Shown: piece by piece, positions 39,601-53,100 of the stretch
Layout of the letters: every line of letters starts with the position of its first letter
Numbering within the stretch: position 1 is the stretch's first letter
Assembly (NCBI RefSeq): GCF_964355755.1
Contig: NC_092680.1
Span: 11,780,001-11,844,000, forward strand
DNA length: 64,000 nucleotides
Direction of reading: 5' to 3'
From: Antedon mediterranea
Taxonomy: Eukaryota; Animalia; Echinodermata
Made by a program: the position numbers and the translations under genes
Notes under the pieces: model-generated
What the model was told of the DNA's origin: nothing
Database searches by the model: none
Seen by the model: the letters and a program-made list of their open reading frames with translations, nothing else

Positions 39601-42438
39601 GAAGCTTTTCCAAGCACTTTGCTGTTTTTATGTTAACAAGTTTTTTCGAAAATCACAAAATGGTCTAAAACGTCTCCAAATGCGATTTGAAGCTATTCTG
39701 TACACTTTGATGTTTTGTGTGAAAAAGTTTTGTCGAAATGCTCAAAATGGTCTAAAACGTTTTTAAATACGATATTAAGCTATTTTGTGATCTTTGATGT
39801 TTTTGTGTGAAAAGTTTTATCGAAATGCTCAAAATGGTCTGAAACGGTTTCTAATGCGATTTGAAGCTATTCTGTACACTTTGAAGTTTTTTGTGAAAAA
39901 GTTTTCTCGAAATGCTCAAAATGGTCTAAAACGTTTTTATATACCATATTAAGCTATTTTGTGCACTTTGATGTTTTTTGTGAAAAGTTTTATCGAAATG
40001 CTCAAAATGGTCTAAAACGGTTTCTATTGTGATTTTAAGCACTTTGATGATTTTGTGTAACCAAGTTTCATCGAAATGTACAAAATGGTCTAAAACGTCT
40101 CCAAATGCGATTTGAAGCTATTCTAAGTACTTTTGTGTTTTTATGTTAACAAGTTTTTTCGAAAATCACAAAATGGTCTAAAACGTCTTCAAATGCGATT
40201 TGAAGCTATTCTGTACACTTTTATGTTTTGTGTGAAAAAGTTTTGTCGAAATTCTCAAAATGGTCTAAAACGTTTTTAAATACGATATTAAGCTGTTTTG
40301 TGCACTTTGATGATTTGTGTGAAAAGTTTTAACGAAATGCTCAAAATGGTCAAAAACGGTTTCTAATGTGATTTTAAGCACTTTGATGTTTTTGTGTAAC
40401 CAAGTTTTTTCAAAAATAACAAAATGGTCTAAAACGTCTCCAAATGCGATTTGAAGCTTTTCTAAGCACTTTGGTGTTTTTATGTTAACAAGTTTTTTCG
40501 AAAATCACAAAATGGTCTAAAACGTCTCCAAATGCGATTTGAAGATATTCTGAGCACTTTGGTGTTTTTATGTTAAAAAGTTTTTTCGAAAATCACAAAA
40601 TAGTCTAAAACGTCTCCAAATGCGATTTGAAGCTATTCTGTACACTTTGATGTTTTGTGTGAAAAAGTTTTGTCGAAATGCTCAAAATGGTCTAAAACGT
40701 TTTTAAAACGATATTAAGCTATTTTGTGCTCTTTGATGTTTTTGTGTAACCAAGTTTCATCGAAAATCACAAAATGGTCTAAAACGTCTCAAAATGCGAT
40801 TTGAAGCTTTTCTAAGCACTTTGGTGTTTTTATGTTAACAAGTTTTTTCGATAATCACGAAATGGTCTAAAATGTCTCCAAATGCGATTTGAAGATATTC
40901 TGAGCACTTTGGTGTTTTTATGTTAAAAAGTTTTTTCGAAAATCACAAAATGGTCTAAAACGTCTCCAAATGCGATTTGAAGCTCTTCTGTACACTTTGA
41001 TGTTTTGTGTGAAAAAGTTTTGTCGAAATGCTCAAAATGGTCTAAAACGTTTTTAAATACGATATTAAGCTGTTTTGTGCACTTTGATGATTTGTGTGAA
41101 AAGTTTTAACGAAATGCTCAAAATGGTCTAAAACGGTTTCTAATGTGATTTTAAGCACTTTGATGTTTTTGTGTAACCAAGTTTTTTCGAAAATCACAAA
41201 ATAGTCTAAAACGTCTCCAAATGCGATTTGAAGCTTTTCTAAGCACTTTGGTGTTTTTATGTTAACAAGTTTTTTCGAAAATCACAAAATGGTCTAAAAC
41301 GTCTCCAAATGCGATTTGAGGATATTCTGAGCACTTTGGTGTTTTTTTGTTAAAAAGTTTTTTCGAAAATCACAAAATGGTCTAAAACGTCTCCAAATGC
41401 GATTTGAAGCTATTCTGTACACTTTGATGTTTTGTGTGAAAAAGTTTTGTCGAAATGCTCAAAATGGTCTAAAACGTTTTTAAATACGATATTAAGCTAT
41501 TTTGTGCACTTTGATGATTTGTGTGAAAAGTTTTAACGAAATGCTCAAAATGGTCTAAAACGGTTTCTAATGTGATTTTAAGCACTTTGATGATTTTGTG
41601 TAACCAAGTTTCATCGAAATGTACAAAATAGTCTAAAACGTCTCCAAATGCGATTTGAAGCTTTTCTAAGCACTTTGGTGTTTTTATGTTAACAAGTTTT
41701 TTCGAAAATCACAAAATGGTCTAAAACGTCTCCAAATGCGATTTGAAGCTATTCTGTACACTTTGATGTTTTTTTGTTAAAAAGTTTTTTCGAAAATCAC
41801 AAAATGGTCTAAAACGTCTCCAAATGCGATTTGAAGCTATTCTGTACACTTTGATGTTTTGTGTGAAAAAGTTTTGTCGAAATGCTCAAAATGGTCCAAA
41901 ACGTTTTTAAATACGATATTAAGCTATTTTGTGATCTTTGATGTTTTTGTGTGAAAAGTTTTATCGAAATGCTCAAAATGGTCTAAAACGGTTTCTATTG
42001 TGATTTTAAGCACTTTGATGATTTTGTGTAACCAAGTTTCATCGAAATGTACAAAATGGTCTAAAACGTCTCCAAATGCGATTTGAAGCTATTCTAAGTA
42101 ATTTTGTGTTTTTATGTTAACAAGTTTTTTCGAAAATCACAAAATGGTCTAAAACGTCTTCAAATGCGATTTGAAGCTATTCTGTACACTTTGATGTTTT
42201 GTGTGAAAAAGTTTTGTCAAAATGCTCAAAATGGTCTAAAACGTTTTTAAAACGATATTAAGCTATTTTGTGCTCTTTGATGTTTTTGTGTAACCAAGTT
42301 TCATCGAAAATCACAAAATGGTCTAAAACGTCTCCAAATGCGATTTGAAGCTTTTCTAAGCACTTTGGTGTTTTTATGTTAACAAGTTTTTTCGAAAATC
42401 ACAAAATGGTCTAAAACGTCTCCAAATGCGATTTGAAG
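36700..42438 (+). repeat. ~10-kb-offset duplicated block, copy 2
   Basis: The offset steps 9,961 -> 9,960 -> 9,882 (78-bp monomer present only in copy 1) -> 10,309 (427-bp pentamer present only in copy 2). Confidence 0.78.
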
Positions 42439-44105
42439 ATATTCTGAGCACTTTGGTGTTTTTATGTTAAAAAGTTTTTTCGAAAATCACAAAATAGTCT
42501 AAAACGTCTCCAAATGCGATTTGAAGCTATTCTGTACACTTTGATGTTTTGTGTGAAAAAGTTTTGTCGAAATGCTCAAAATGGTCTAAAACGTTTTTAA
42601 AACGATATTAAGCTATTTTGTGCTCTTTGATGTTTTTGTGTAACCAAGTTTCATCGAAAATCACAAAATGGTCTAAAACGTCTCAAAATGCGATTTGAAG
42701 CTTTTCTAAGCACTTTGGTGTTTTTATGTTAACAAGTTTTTTCGAAAATCACGAAATGGTCTAAAATGTCTCCAAATGCGATTTGAAGATATTCTGAGCA
42801 CTTTGGTGTTTTTATGTTAAAAAGTTTTTTCGAAAATCACAAAACGTCTCCAAATGCGATTTGAAGCTCTTCTGTACACTTTGATGTTTTGTGTGAAAAA
42901 GTTTTGTCGAAATGCTCAAAATGGTCTAAAACGTTTTTAAATACGATATTAAGCTGTTTTGTGCACTTTGATGATTTGTGTGAAAAGTTTTAACGAAATG
43001 CTCAAAATGGTCTAAAACGGTTTCTAATGTGATTTTAAGCACTTTGATGTTTTTGTGTAACCAAGTTTTTTCGAAAATCACAAAATAGTCTAAAACGTCT
43101 CCAAATGCGATTTGAAGCTTTTCTAAGCACTTTGGTGTTTTTATGTTAACAAGTTTTTTCGAAAATCACAAAATGGTCTAAAACGTCTCCAAATGCGATT
43201 TGAGGATATTCTGAGCACTTTGGTGTTTTTTTGTTAAAAAGTTTTTTCGAAAATCACAAAATGGTCTAAAACGTCTCCAAATGCGATTTGAAGCTATTCT
43301 GTACACTTTGATGTTTTGTGTGAAAAAGTTTTGTCGAAATGCTCAAAATGGTCTAAAACGTTTTTAAATACGATATTAAGCTATTTTGTGATCTTTGATG
43401 TTTTTGTGTGAAAAGTTTTATCGAAATGCTCAAAATGGTCTAAAACGTTTTTAAAACGATATTAAGCTATTTTGTGCTCTTTGATGTTTTTGTGTAACCA
43501 AGTTTCATCGAAAATCACAAAATGGTCTAAAACGTCGCCAAATGCGATTTGAAGCTTTTCTAAGCACTTTGGTGTTTTTATGTTAACAAGTTTTTTCGAA
43601 AATCACGAAATGGTCTAAAATATCTCCAAATGCGATTTGAAGATATTCTGAGCACTTTGGTGTTTTTATGTTAACAAGTTTTTTCGAAAATCACAAAATG
43701 GTCTAAAACGTCTCCAAACGCGATTTGAAGCTCTTCTGTACACTTTGATGTTTTGTGTGAAAAAGTTTTGTCGAAATTCTCAAAATGGTCTAAAACGTTT
43801 TTAAATACGATATTAAGCTGTTTTGTGCACTTTGATGATTTGTGTGAAAAGTTTTAACGAAATGCTCAAAATGGTCAAAAACGGTTTCTAATGTGATTTT
43901 AAGCACTTTGATGTTTTTGTGTAACCAAGTTTTTTCAAAAATCACAAAATGGTCTAAAACGTCTCCAAATGCGATTTCAAGCTTTTCTAAGCACTTTGGT
44001 GTTTTTATGTTAACAAGTTTTTTCGAAAATCACAAAATGGTCTAAAACGTCTCCAAATGCGATTTGAAGATATTCTGAGCACTTTGGTGTTTTTATGTTA
44101 AAAAG

Positions 44106-47100
44106 TTTTTTCGAAAATCACAAAATAGTCTAAAACGTCTCCAAATGCGATTTGAATCTATTCTGTACACTTTGATGTTTTGTGTGAAAAAGTTTTGTCG
44201 AAATGCTCAAAATGGTCTAAAACGTTTTTAAAACGATATTATTAAGCTATTTTGTGCTCTTTGATGTTTTTGTGTAACCAAGTTTCATCGAAAATCACAA
44301 AATGGTCTAAAACGTCTCAAAATGCGATTTGAAGCTTTTCTAAGCACTTTGGTGTTTTTATCTTAACAAGTTTTTTCGAAAATCACGAAATGGTCTAAAA
44401 TGTCTCCAAATGCGATTTGAAGATATTCTGAGCACTTTGGTGTTTTTATGTTAAAAAGTTTTTTCGAAAATCACAAAATGGTCTAAAACGTCTCATAATG
44501 CGATTTGAAGCTCTTCTGTACACTTTGATGTTTTGTGTGAAAAAGTTTTGTCGAAATGCTCAAAATGGTCTAAAACGTTTTTAAATACGATATTAAGCTG
44601 TTTTGTGCACTTTGATGATTTGTGTGAAAAGTTTTAACGAAATGCTCAAAATGGTCTAAAACGGTTTCTAATGTGATTTTAAGCACTTTGATGTTTTTGT
44701 GTAACCAAGTTTTTTCGAAAATCACAAAATAGTCTAAAACGTCTCCAAATGCGATTTGAAGCTTTTCTAAGCACTTTGGTGTTTTTTCGAAAATCACAAA
44801 ATGGTCTAAAACGTCTCCAAATGCGATTTGAGGATATTCTGAGCACTTTGGTGTTTTTTAGTTAAAAAGTTTTTTCGAAAATCACAAAATGGTCTAAAAC
44901 GTCTCCAAATGCGATTTGAAGCTATTCTGTACACTTTGATGTTTTGTGTGAAAAAGTTTTGTCGAAATGCTCAAAATGGTCTAAAACGTTTTTAAATACG
45001 ATATTAAGCTATTTTGTGATCTTTGATGTTTTTGTGTGAAAAGTTTTATCGAAATGCTCAAAATGGTCTAAAACGGTTTCTATTGTGATTTTGAGCACTT
45101 TGATGATTTTGTGTAACCAAGTTTCATCGAAATGTACAAAATGGTCTAAAACGTCTCCAAATGCGATTTGAAGCTATTCTAAGTACTTTTGTGTTTTTAT
45201 GTTAACAAGTTTTTTCGAAAATCACAAAATGGTCTAAAACGTCTCAAAATGCGATTTGAAGCTATTCTGTACACTTTGATGTTTTGTGTGAAAAAGTTTT
45301 GTCGAAATGCTCAAAATGGTCTAAAACGTTTTTAAAACGATATTAAGCTATTTTGTGCTCTTTGATGTTTTTGTGTAACCAAGTTTCATCGAAATCAACA
45401 AAATGGTCTAATACGTCTCCAAATGCGATTTGAAGCTTTTCCAAGCTTTTTGCTGTTTTTATGTTAAGTTTTTTCGAAAATCACAAAATGGTCTAAAACG
45501 TCTTCAAATGCGATTTGAAGCTATTCTGTACACTTTGATGTTTTGTGTGAAAAAGTTTTGTCGAAATGCTCAAAATGGTCTAAAACGTTTTTAAATACGA
45601 TATTAAGCTATTTTGTGATCTTTGATGTTTTTGTGTGAAAAGTTTTATCAAAATGCTCAAAATGGTCTGAAACGGTTTCTAATGCGATTTGAAGCTATTC
45701 TGTACACTTTGAAGTTTTGTGTGAAAAAGTTTTCTCGAAATGCTCAAAATGGTCTAAAACGTTTTTATATACCATATTAAGCTATTTTGTGCACTTTGAT
45801 GTTTTTTTTGAAAAGTTTTATCGAAATGCTCAAAATGGTCTAAAACGGTTTCTATTGGGATTTTAAGCACTTTGATGATTTTGTGTAACCAAGTTTCATC
45901 GAAAATCACAAAATGGTCTAAAACGTCTCCAAATGCGATTTGAAGCTTTTCTAAGCACTTTTGTGTTTTTATGTTAACAAGTTTTTTCGAAAATCACAAA
46001 ATGGTCTAAAACGTCTTCAAATGCGATTTGAAGCTATTCTGTACACTTTTATGTTTTGTGTGAAAAAGTTTTGTCGAAATTCTCAAAATGGTCTAAAACG
46101 TTTTTAAATACGATATTAAGCTGTTTTGTGCACTTTGATGATTTGTGTGAAAAGTTTTAACGAAATGCTCAAAATGGTCTAAAACGGTTTCTAATGTGAT
46201 TTTAAGCACTTTGATGTTTTTGTGTAACCAAGTTTTTTCGAAAATCACAAAATAGTCTAAAACGTCTCCAAATGCGATTTGAAGCTTTTCTAAGCACTTT
46301 GGTGTTTTTATGTTAACAAGTTTTTTCGAAAATCACAAAATGGTCTAAAACGTCTCCAAATGCGATTTGAGGATATTCTGAGCACTTTGGTGTTTTTTTG
46401 TTAAAAAGTTTTTTCGAAAATAACAAAATGGTCTAAAACGTCTCCAAATGCGATTTGAAGCTATTCTGTACACTTTGATGTTTTGTGTGAAAAAGTTTTG
46501 TCGAAATGCTCAAAATGGTCTAAAACGTTTTTAAATACGATATTAAGCTATTTTGTGATCTTTGATGTTTTTTTTGAAAAGTTTTATCGAAATGCTCAAA
46601 ATGGTCTAAAACGGTTTCTATTGGGATTTTAAGCACTTTGATGATTTTGTGTAACCAAGTTTCATCGAAATGTACAAAATGGTCTAAAACGTCTCCAAAT
46701 GCGATTTGAAGCTATTCTAAGTACTTTTGTGTTTTTATGTTAACAAGTTTTTTTGAAAATCACAAAATGGTCTAAAACGTCTTCAAATGCGATTTGAAGC
46801 TATTCTGTACACTTTGATGTTTTGTGTGAAAAAGTTTGGTCGAATTGCTCAAAATGGTCAAAAACGGTTTCTAATGTGGTTTTAAGCACTTTGATGTTTT
46901 TGTGTAACCAAGTTTTTTAAAAAATCACAAAATGGTCTAAAACGTCTCCAAATGCGATTTGAAGATATTCTGAGCACTTTGGTGTTTTTATGTTAAAAAG
47001 TTTTTTTGAAAATCACAAAATAGTCTAAAACGTCTCAAAATGCGATTTGAAGCTATTCTGTACACTTTGATGTTTTGTGTGAAAAAGTTTTGTCGAAATG

Positions 47101-50100
47101 CTCAAAATGGTCTAAAACGTTTTTAAAACGATATTAAGCTATTTTGTGCTCTTTGATGTTTTTGTGTAACCAAGTTTCATCGAAAATCACAAAATGGTCT
47201 AAAACGTCTCCAAATGCGATTTGAAGCTTTTCTAAGCACTTTGGTGTTTTTATGTTAACAAGTTTTTTCGAAAATCACGAAATGGTCTAAAATGTCTCCA
47301 AATGCGATTTGAAGATATTCTGAGCACTTTGGTGTTTTTATGTTAAAACTTTTTTCGAAAATCACAAAATGGTCTAAAACGTTTTTAAATACGATATTAA
47401 GCTATTTTGTGATCTTTGATGTTTTTGTGTGAAAAGTTTTACCGAAATGCTCAAAATGGTCTAAAACGGTTTCTAATGCGATTTGAAGCTATTCTGTACA
47501 CTTTGAAGTTTTTTGTGAAAAAGTTTTCTCGAAATGCTCAAAATGGTCTAAAACGTTTTTATATACCATATTAAGCTATTTTGTGCACTTTGATGTTTTT
47601 TGTGAAAAGTTTTATCGAAATTCTCAAAATGGTCTAAAACGGTTTCTATTGTGATTTTAAGCACTTTGATGATTTTGTGTAACCAAGTTTCATCGAAATG
47701 TACAAAATGGTCTAAAACGTCTCCAAATGCGATTTGAAGCTATTCTAAGTACTTTTGTGTTTTTATGTTAACAAGTTTTTTCGAAAATCACGAAATGGTC
47801 TAAAATGTCTCCAAATGCGATTTGAAGATATTCTGAGCACTTTGGTGTTTTTATGTTAAAAAGTTTTTTCGAAAATCACAAAATAGTCTAAAACGTCTCC
47901 AAATGCGATTTGAAGCTATTCTGTACACTTTGATGTTTTGTGTGAAAAAGTTTTGTCGAAATGCTCAAAATGGTCTAAAACGTTTTTAAAACGATATTAA
48001 GCTATTTTGTGCTCTTTGATGTTTTTGTGTAACCAAGTTTCATCGAAAATCACAAAATGGTCTAAAACGTCTCAAAATGCGATTTGAAGCTTTTCTAAGC
48101 ACTTTGGTGTTTTTATGTTAACAAGTTTTTTCGAAAATCACGAAATGGTCTAAAATGTCTCCAAATGCGATTTGAAGATATTCTGAGCACTTTAGTGTTT
48201 TTATGTTAAAAAGTTTTTTCGAAAATCACAAAATGGTCTAAAACGTCTCCAAATGCGATTTGAAGCTCTTCTGTACACTTTGATGTTTTGTGTGAAAAAG
48301 TTTTGTCGAAATGCTCAAAATGGTCTAAAACGTTTTTAAATACGATATTAAGCTGTTTTGTGCACTTTGATGATTTGTGTGAAAAGTTTTAACGAAATGC
48401 TCAAAATGGTCTAAAACGGTTTCTAATGTGATTTTAAGCACTTTGATGTTTTTGTGTAACCAAGTTTTTTCGAAAATCACAAAATAGTCTAAAACGTCTC
48501 CAAATGCGATTTGAAGCTTTTCTAAGCCCTTTGGTGTTTTTATGTTAACAAGTTTTTTCGAAAATCACAAAATGGTCTAAAACGTCTCCAAATGCGATTT
48601 GAGGATATTCTGAGCACTTTGGTGTTTTTTTGTTAAAAAGTTTTTTCGAAAATCACAAAATGGTCTAAAACGTCTCCAAATGCGATTTGAAGCTATTCTG
48701 TACACTTTGATGTTTTGTGTGAAAAAGTTTTGTCGAAATGCTCAAAATGGTCTAAAACGTTTTTAAATACGATATTAGGCTATTTTGTGATCTTTGATGT
48801 TTTTGTGTGAAAAGTTTTATCGAAATGCTCAAAATGGTCTAAAACGGTTTCTATTGTTATTTTAAGCACTTTGATGATTTTGTGTAACCAAGTTTCATCG
48901 AAATGTACAAAATGGTCTAAAACGTCTCCAAATGCGATTTGAAGCTATTCTAAGTACTTTTGTGTTTTTATGTTAACAAGTTTTTTCGAAAATCACAAAA
49001 TGGTCTAGAACGTCTTCAAATGCGATTTGAAGCTATTCTGTACACTTTGATGTTTTGTGTGAAAAAGTTTTGTCAAAATGCTCAAAATGGTCTAAAACGT
49101 TTTTAAAACGATATTAAGCTATTTTGTGCTCTTTGATGTTTTTGTGTAACCAAGTTTCATCGAAAATCACAAAATGGTCTAAAACGTCTCCAAATGCGAT
49201 TTGAAGCTTTTCTAAGCACTTTGGTGTTTTTATGTTAACAAGTTTTTTTCGAAAATCACAAAATGGTCTAAAACGTCTCCAAATGCGATTTGAAGCTCTT
49301 CTGTACACTTTGATGTTTTGTGTGAAAAAGTTTTGTCGAAATTCTCAAAATGGTCTAAAACGTTTTTAAATACGATATTAAGCTGTTTTGTGCACTTTGA
49401 TGATTTGTGTGAAAAGTTTTAACGAAATGCTCAAAATGGTCAAAAACGGTTTTTAATGTGATTTTAAGCACTTTGATGTTTTTGTGTAACCAAGTTTTTT
49501 CGAAAATCACAAAATGGTCTAAAACGTCTCCAAATGCGATTTGAAGCTTTTCTAAGCACTTTGGTGTTTTTATGTTAACAAGTTTTTTCGAAAATCACAA
49601 AATGGTCTAAAACGTCTCCAAATGCGATTTGAAGATATTCTGAGCACTTTGGTGTTTTTATGTTAAAAAGTTTTTTCGAAAATCACAAAATGGTCTAAAA
49701 CGTCTTCAAATGCGATTTGAAGCTATTCTGTACACTTTGATGTTTTTGTGAAAAAGTTTTGTCGAAATGCTCAAAATGGTCTAAAACGGTTTCTAATGCG
49801 ATTTGAAGCTATTCTGTACACTTTGAAGTTTTGTGTGAAAAAGTTTTCTCGAAATGCTCAAAATGGTCTAAAACGTTTTTATATACCATATTAAGCTATT
49901 TTGTGCACTTTGATGTTTTTTGTGAAAAGTTTTATCGAAATTCTCAAAATGGTCTAAAACGGTTTCTATTGTGATTTTAAGCACTTTGATGATTTTGTGT
50001 AACCAAGTTTCATCGAAATGTACAAAATGGTCTAAAACGTCTCCAAAATGCGATTTGAAGCTATTCTAAGTACTTTTGTGTTTTTATGTTAACAAGTTTT

Positions 50101-53100
50101 TTCGAAAATCACAAAATGGTCTAAAACGTCTTCAAATGCGATTTGAAGCTATTCTGTACACTTTGATGTTTTGTGTGAAAAAGTTTTGTCGAAATGCTCA
50201 AAATGGTCTAAAACGTTTTTTTAAACGATATTAAGCTATTTTGTGCTCTTTGATGTTTTTGTGTAACCAAGTTTCATCGAAAATCACAAAATGGTCTAAA
50301 ACGTCTCCAAATGCGATTTGAAGCTTTTCTAAGCACTTTGGTGTTTTTATGTTAACAAGTTTTTTCGAAAATCACAAAATGGTCTAAAACGTCTCCAAAT
50401 GCGATTTGAAGCTCTTCTGTACACTTTGATGTTTTGTGGGAAAAAGTTTTGTCGAAATTCTCAAAATGGTCTAAAACGTTTTTAAATACGATATTAAGCT
50501 GTTTTGTGCACTTTGATGATTTGTGTGAAAAGTTTTAACGAAATGCTCAAAATGGTCAAAAACGGTTTCTAATGTGATTTTAAGCACTTTGATGTTTTTG
50601 TGTAACCAAGTTTTTTCGAAAATCACAAAATGGTCTAAAACGTCTCCAAATGCGATTTGAAGCTATTCTGTACACTTTGATGTTTTGTGTGAAAAAGTTT
50701 TGTCGAAATGCTCAAAATGGTCTAAAACGTTTTTAAATACGATATTAAGCTATTTTGTGATCTTTGATGTTTTTGTGTGAAAAGTTTTATCGAAATGCTC
50801 AAAATGGTCTAAAACGTTTTTAAAACGATATTAAGCTATTTTGTGCTCTTTGATGTTTTTGTGTAACCAAGTTTCATCGAAAATCACAAAATGGTCTAAA
50901 ACGTCGCCAAATGCGATTTGAAGCTTTTCTAAGCACTTTGGTGTTTTTATGTTAACAAGTTTTTTCGAAAATCACGAAATGGTCTAAAATATCTCCAAAT
51001 GCGATTTGAAGATATTCTGAGCACTTTGGTGTTTTTATGTTAAAAAGTTTTTTCGAAAATCACAAAATGGTCTAAAACGTCTCCAAACGCGATTTGAAGC
51101 TCTTCTGTACACTTTGATGTTTTGTGTGAAAAAGTTTTGTCGAAATTCTCAAAATGGTCTAAAAGGTTTTTAAATACGATATTAAGCTGTTTTGTGCACT
51201 TTGATGATTTGTGTGAAAAGTTTTAACTAAATGCTCAAAATGGTCAAAAACGGTTTCTAATGTGATTTTAAGCACTTTGATGTTTTTGTGTAACCAAGTT
51301 TTTTCGAAAATCACAAAATGGTCTAAAACGTCTCCAAATGCGATTTGAAGCTTTTCTAAGCACTTTGGTGTTTTTATGTTAACAAGTTTTTTCGAAAATC
51401 ACAAAATGGTCTAAAACGTCTCCAAACTCGATTTGAAGATATTCTGAGCACTTTGGTGTTTTTATGTTAAAAAGTTTTTTCGAAAATCACAAAATAGTCT
51501 AAAACGTCTCCAAATGCGATTCGAAGCTAATCTGTACACTTTGATGTTTTGTGTGAAAAAGTTTTGTCGAAATGCTCAAAATGGTCTAAAACGTTTTTAA
51601 AACGATATTATTAAGCTATTTTGTGCTCTTTGATTCTTTTGTGTAACCAAGTTTCATCGAAAATCACAAAATGGTCTAAAACGTCTCAAAATGCGATTTG
51701 AAGCTTTTCTAAGCACTTTGGTGTTTTTATCTTAACAAGTTTTTTCGAAAATCACGAAATGGTCTAAAATGTCTCCAAATGCGATTTGAAGATATTCTGA
51801 GCACTTTGGTGTTTTTATGTTAAAAAGTTTTTTCGAAAATCACAAAATGGTCTAAAACGTCTCCAAATGCGATTTGAAGCTCTTCTGTACACTTTGATGT
51901 TTTGTGTGAAAAAGTTTTGTCGAAATGCTCAAAATGGTCTAAAACGTTTTTAAATACGATATTAAGCTGTTTTGTGCACTTTGATGATTTGTGTGAAAAG
52001 TTTTAACGAAATGCTCAAAATGGTCTAAAACGGTTTCTAATGTGATTTTAAGCACTTTGATGTTTTTGTGTAACCAAGTTTTTTCGAAAATCACAAAATA
52101 GTCTAAAACGTCTCCAAATGCGATTTGAAGCTTTTCTAAGCACTTTGGTGTTTTTATGTTAACAAGTTTTTTCGAAAATCACAAAATGGTCTAAAACGTC
52201 TCCAAATGCGATTTGAGGATATTCTGAGCACTTTGGTGTTTTTTTGTTAAAAAGTTTTTTCGAAAATCACAAAATGGTCTAAAACGTCTCCAAATGCGAT
52301 TTGAAGCTATTCTGTACACTTTGATGTTTTGTGTGAAAAAGTTTTGTCGAAATGCTCAAAATGGTCTAAAACGTTTTTAAATACGATATTAAGCTATTTT
52401 GTGATCTTTGATGTTTTTGTGTGAAAAGTTTTATCGAAATGCTCAAAATGGTCTAAAACGGTTTCTATTGTGATTTTAAGCACTTTGATGATTTTGTGTA
52501 ACCAAGTTTCATCGAAATGTACAAAATGGTCTAAAACGTCTCCAAATGCGATTTGAAGCTATTCTAAATACTTTTGTGTTTTTATGTTAACAAGTTTTTT
52601 CGAAAATCACAAAATGGTCTAAAACGTCTCAAAATGCGATTTGAAGCTATTCTGTACACTTTGATGTTTTGTGTGAAAAAGTTTTGTCGAAATGCTCAAA
52701 ATGGTCTAAAACGTTTTTAAAACGATATTAAGCTATTTTGTGCTCTTTGATGTTTTTGTGTAACCAAGTTTCATCGAAATCAACAAAATGGTCTAATACG
52801 TCTCCAAATGCGATTTGAAGCTTTTCCAAGCTTTTTGCTGTTTTTATGTTAAGTTTTTTCGAAAATCACAAAATGGTCTAAAACGTCTTCAAATGCGATT
52901 TGAAGCTATTCTGTACACTTTGATGTTTTGTGTGAAAAAGTTTTGTCGAAATGCTCAAAATGGTCTAAAACGTTTTTAAATACGATATTAAGCTATTTTG
53001 TGATCTTTGATGTTTTTGTGTGAAAAGTTTTATCAAAATGCTCAAAATGGTCTGAAACGGTTTCTAATGCGATTTGAAGCTATTCTGTACACTTTGAAGT

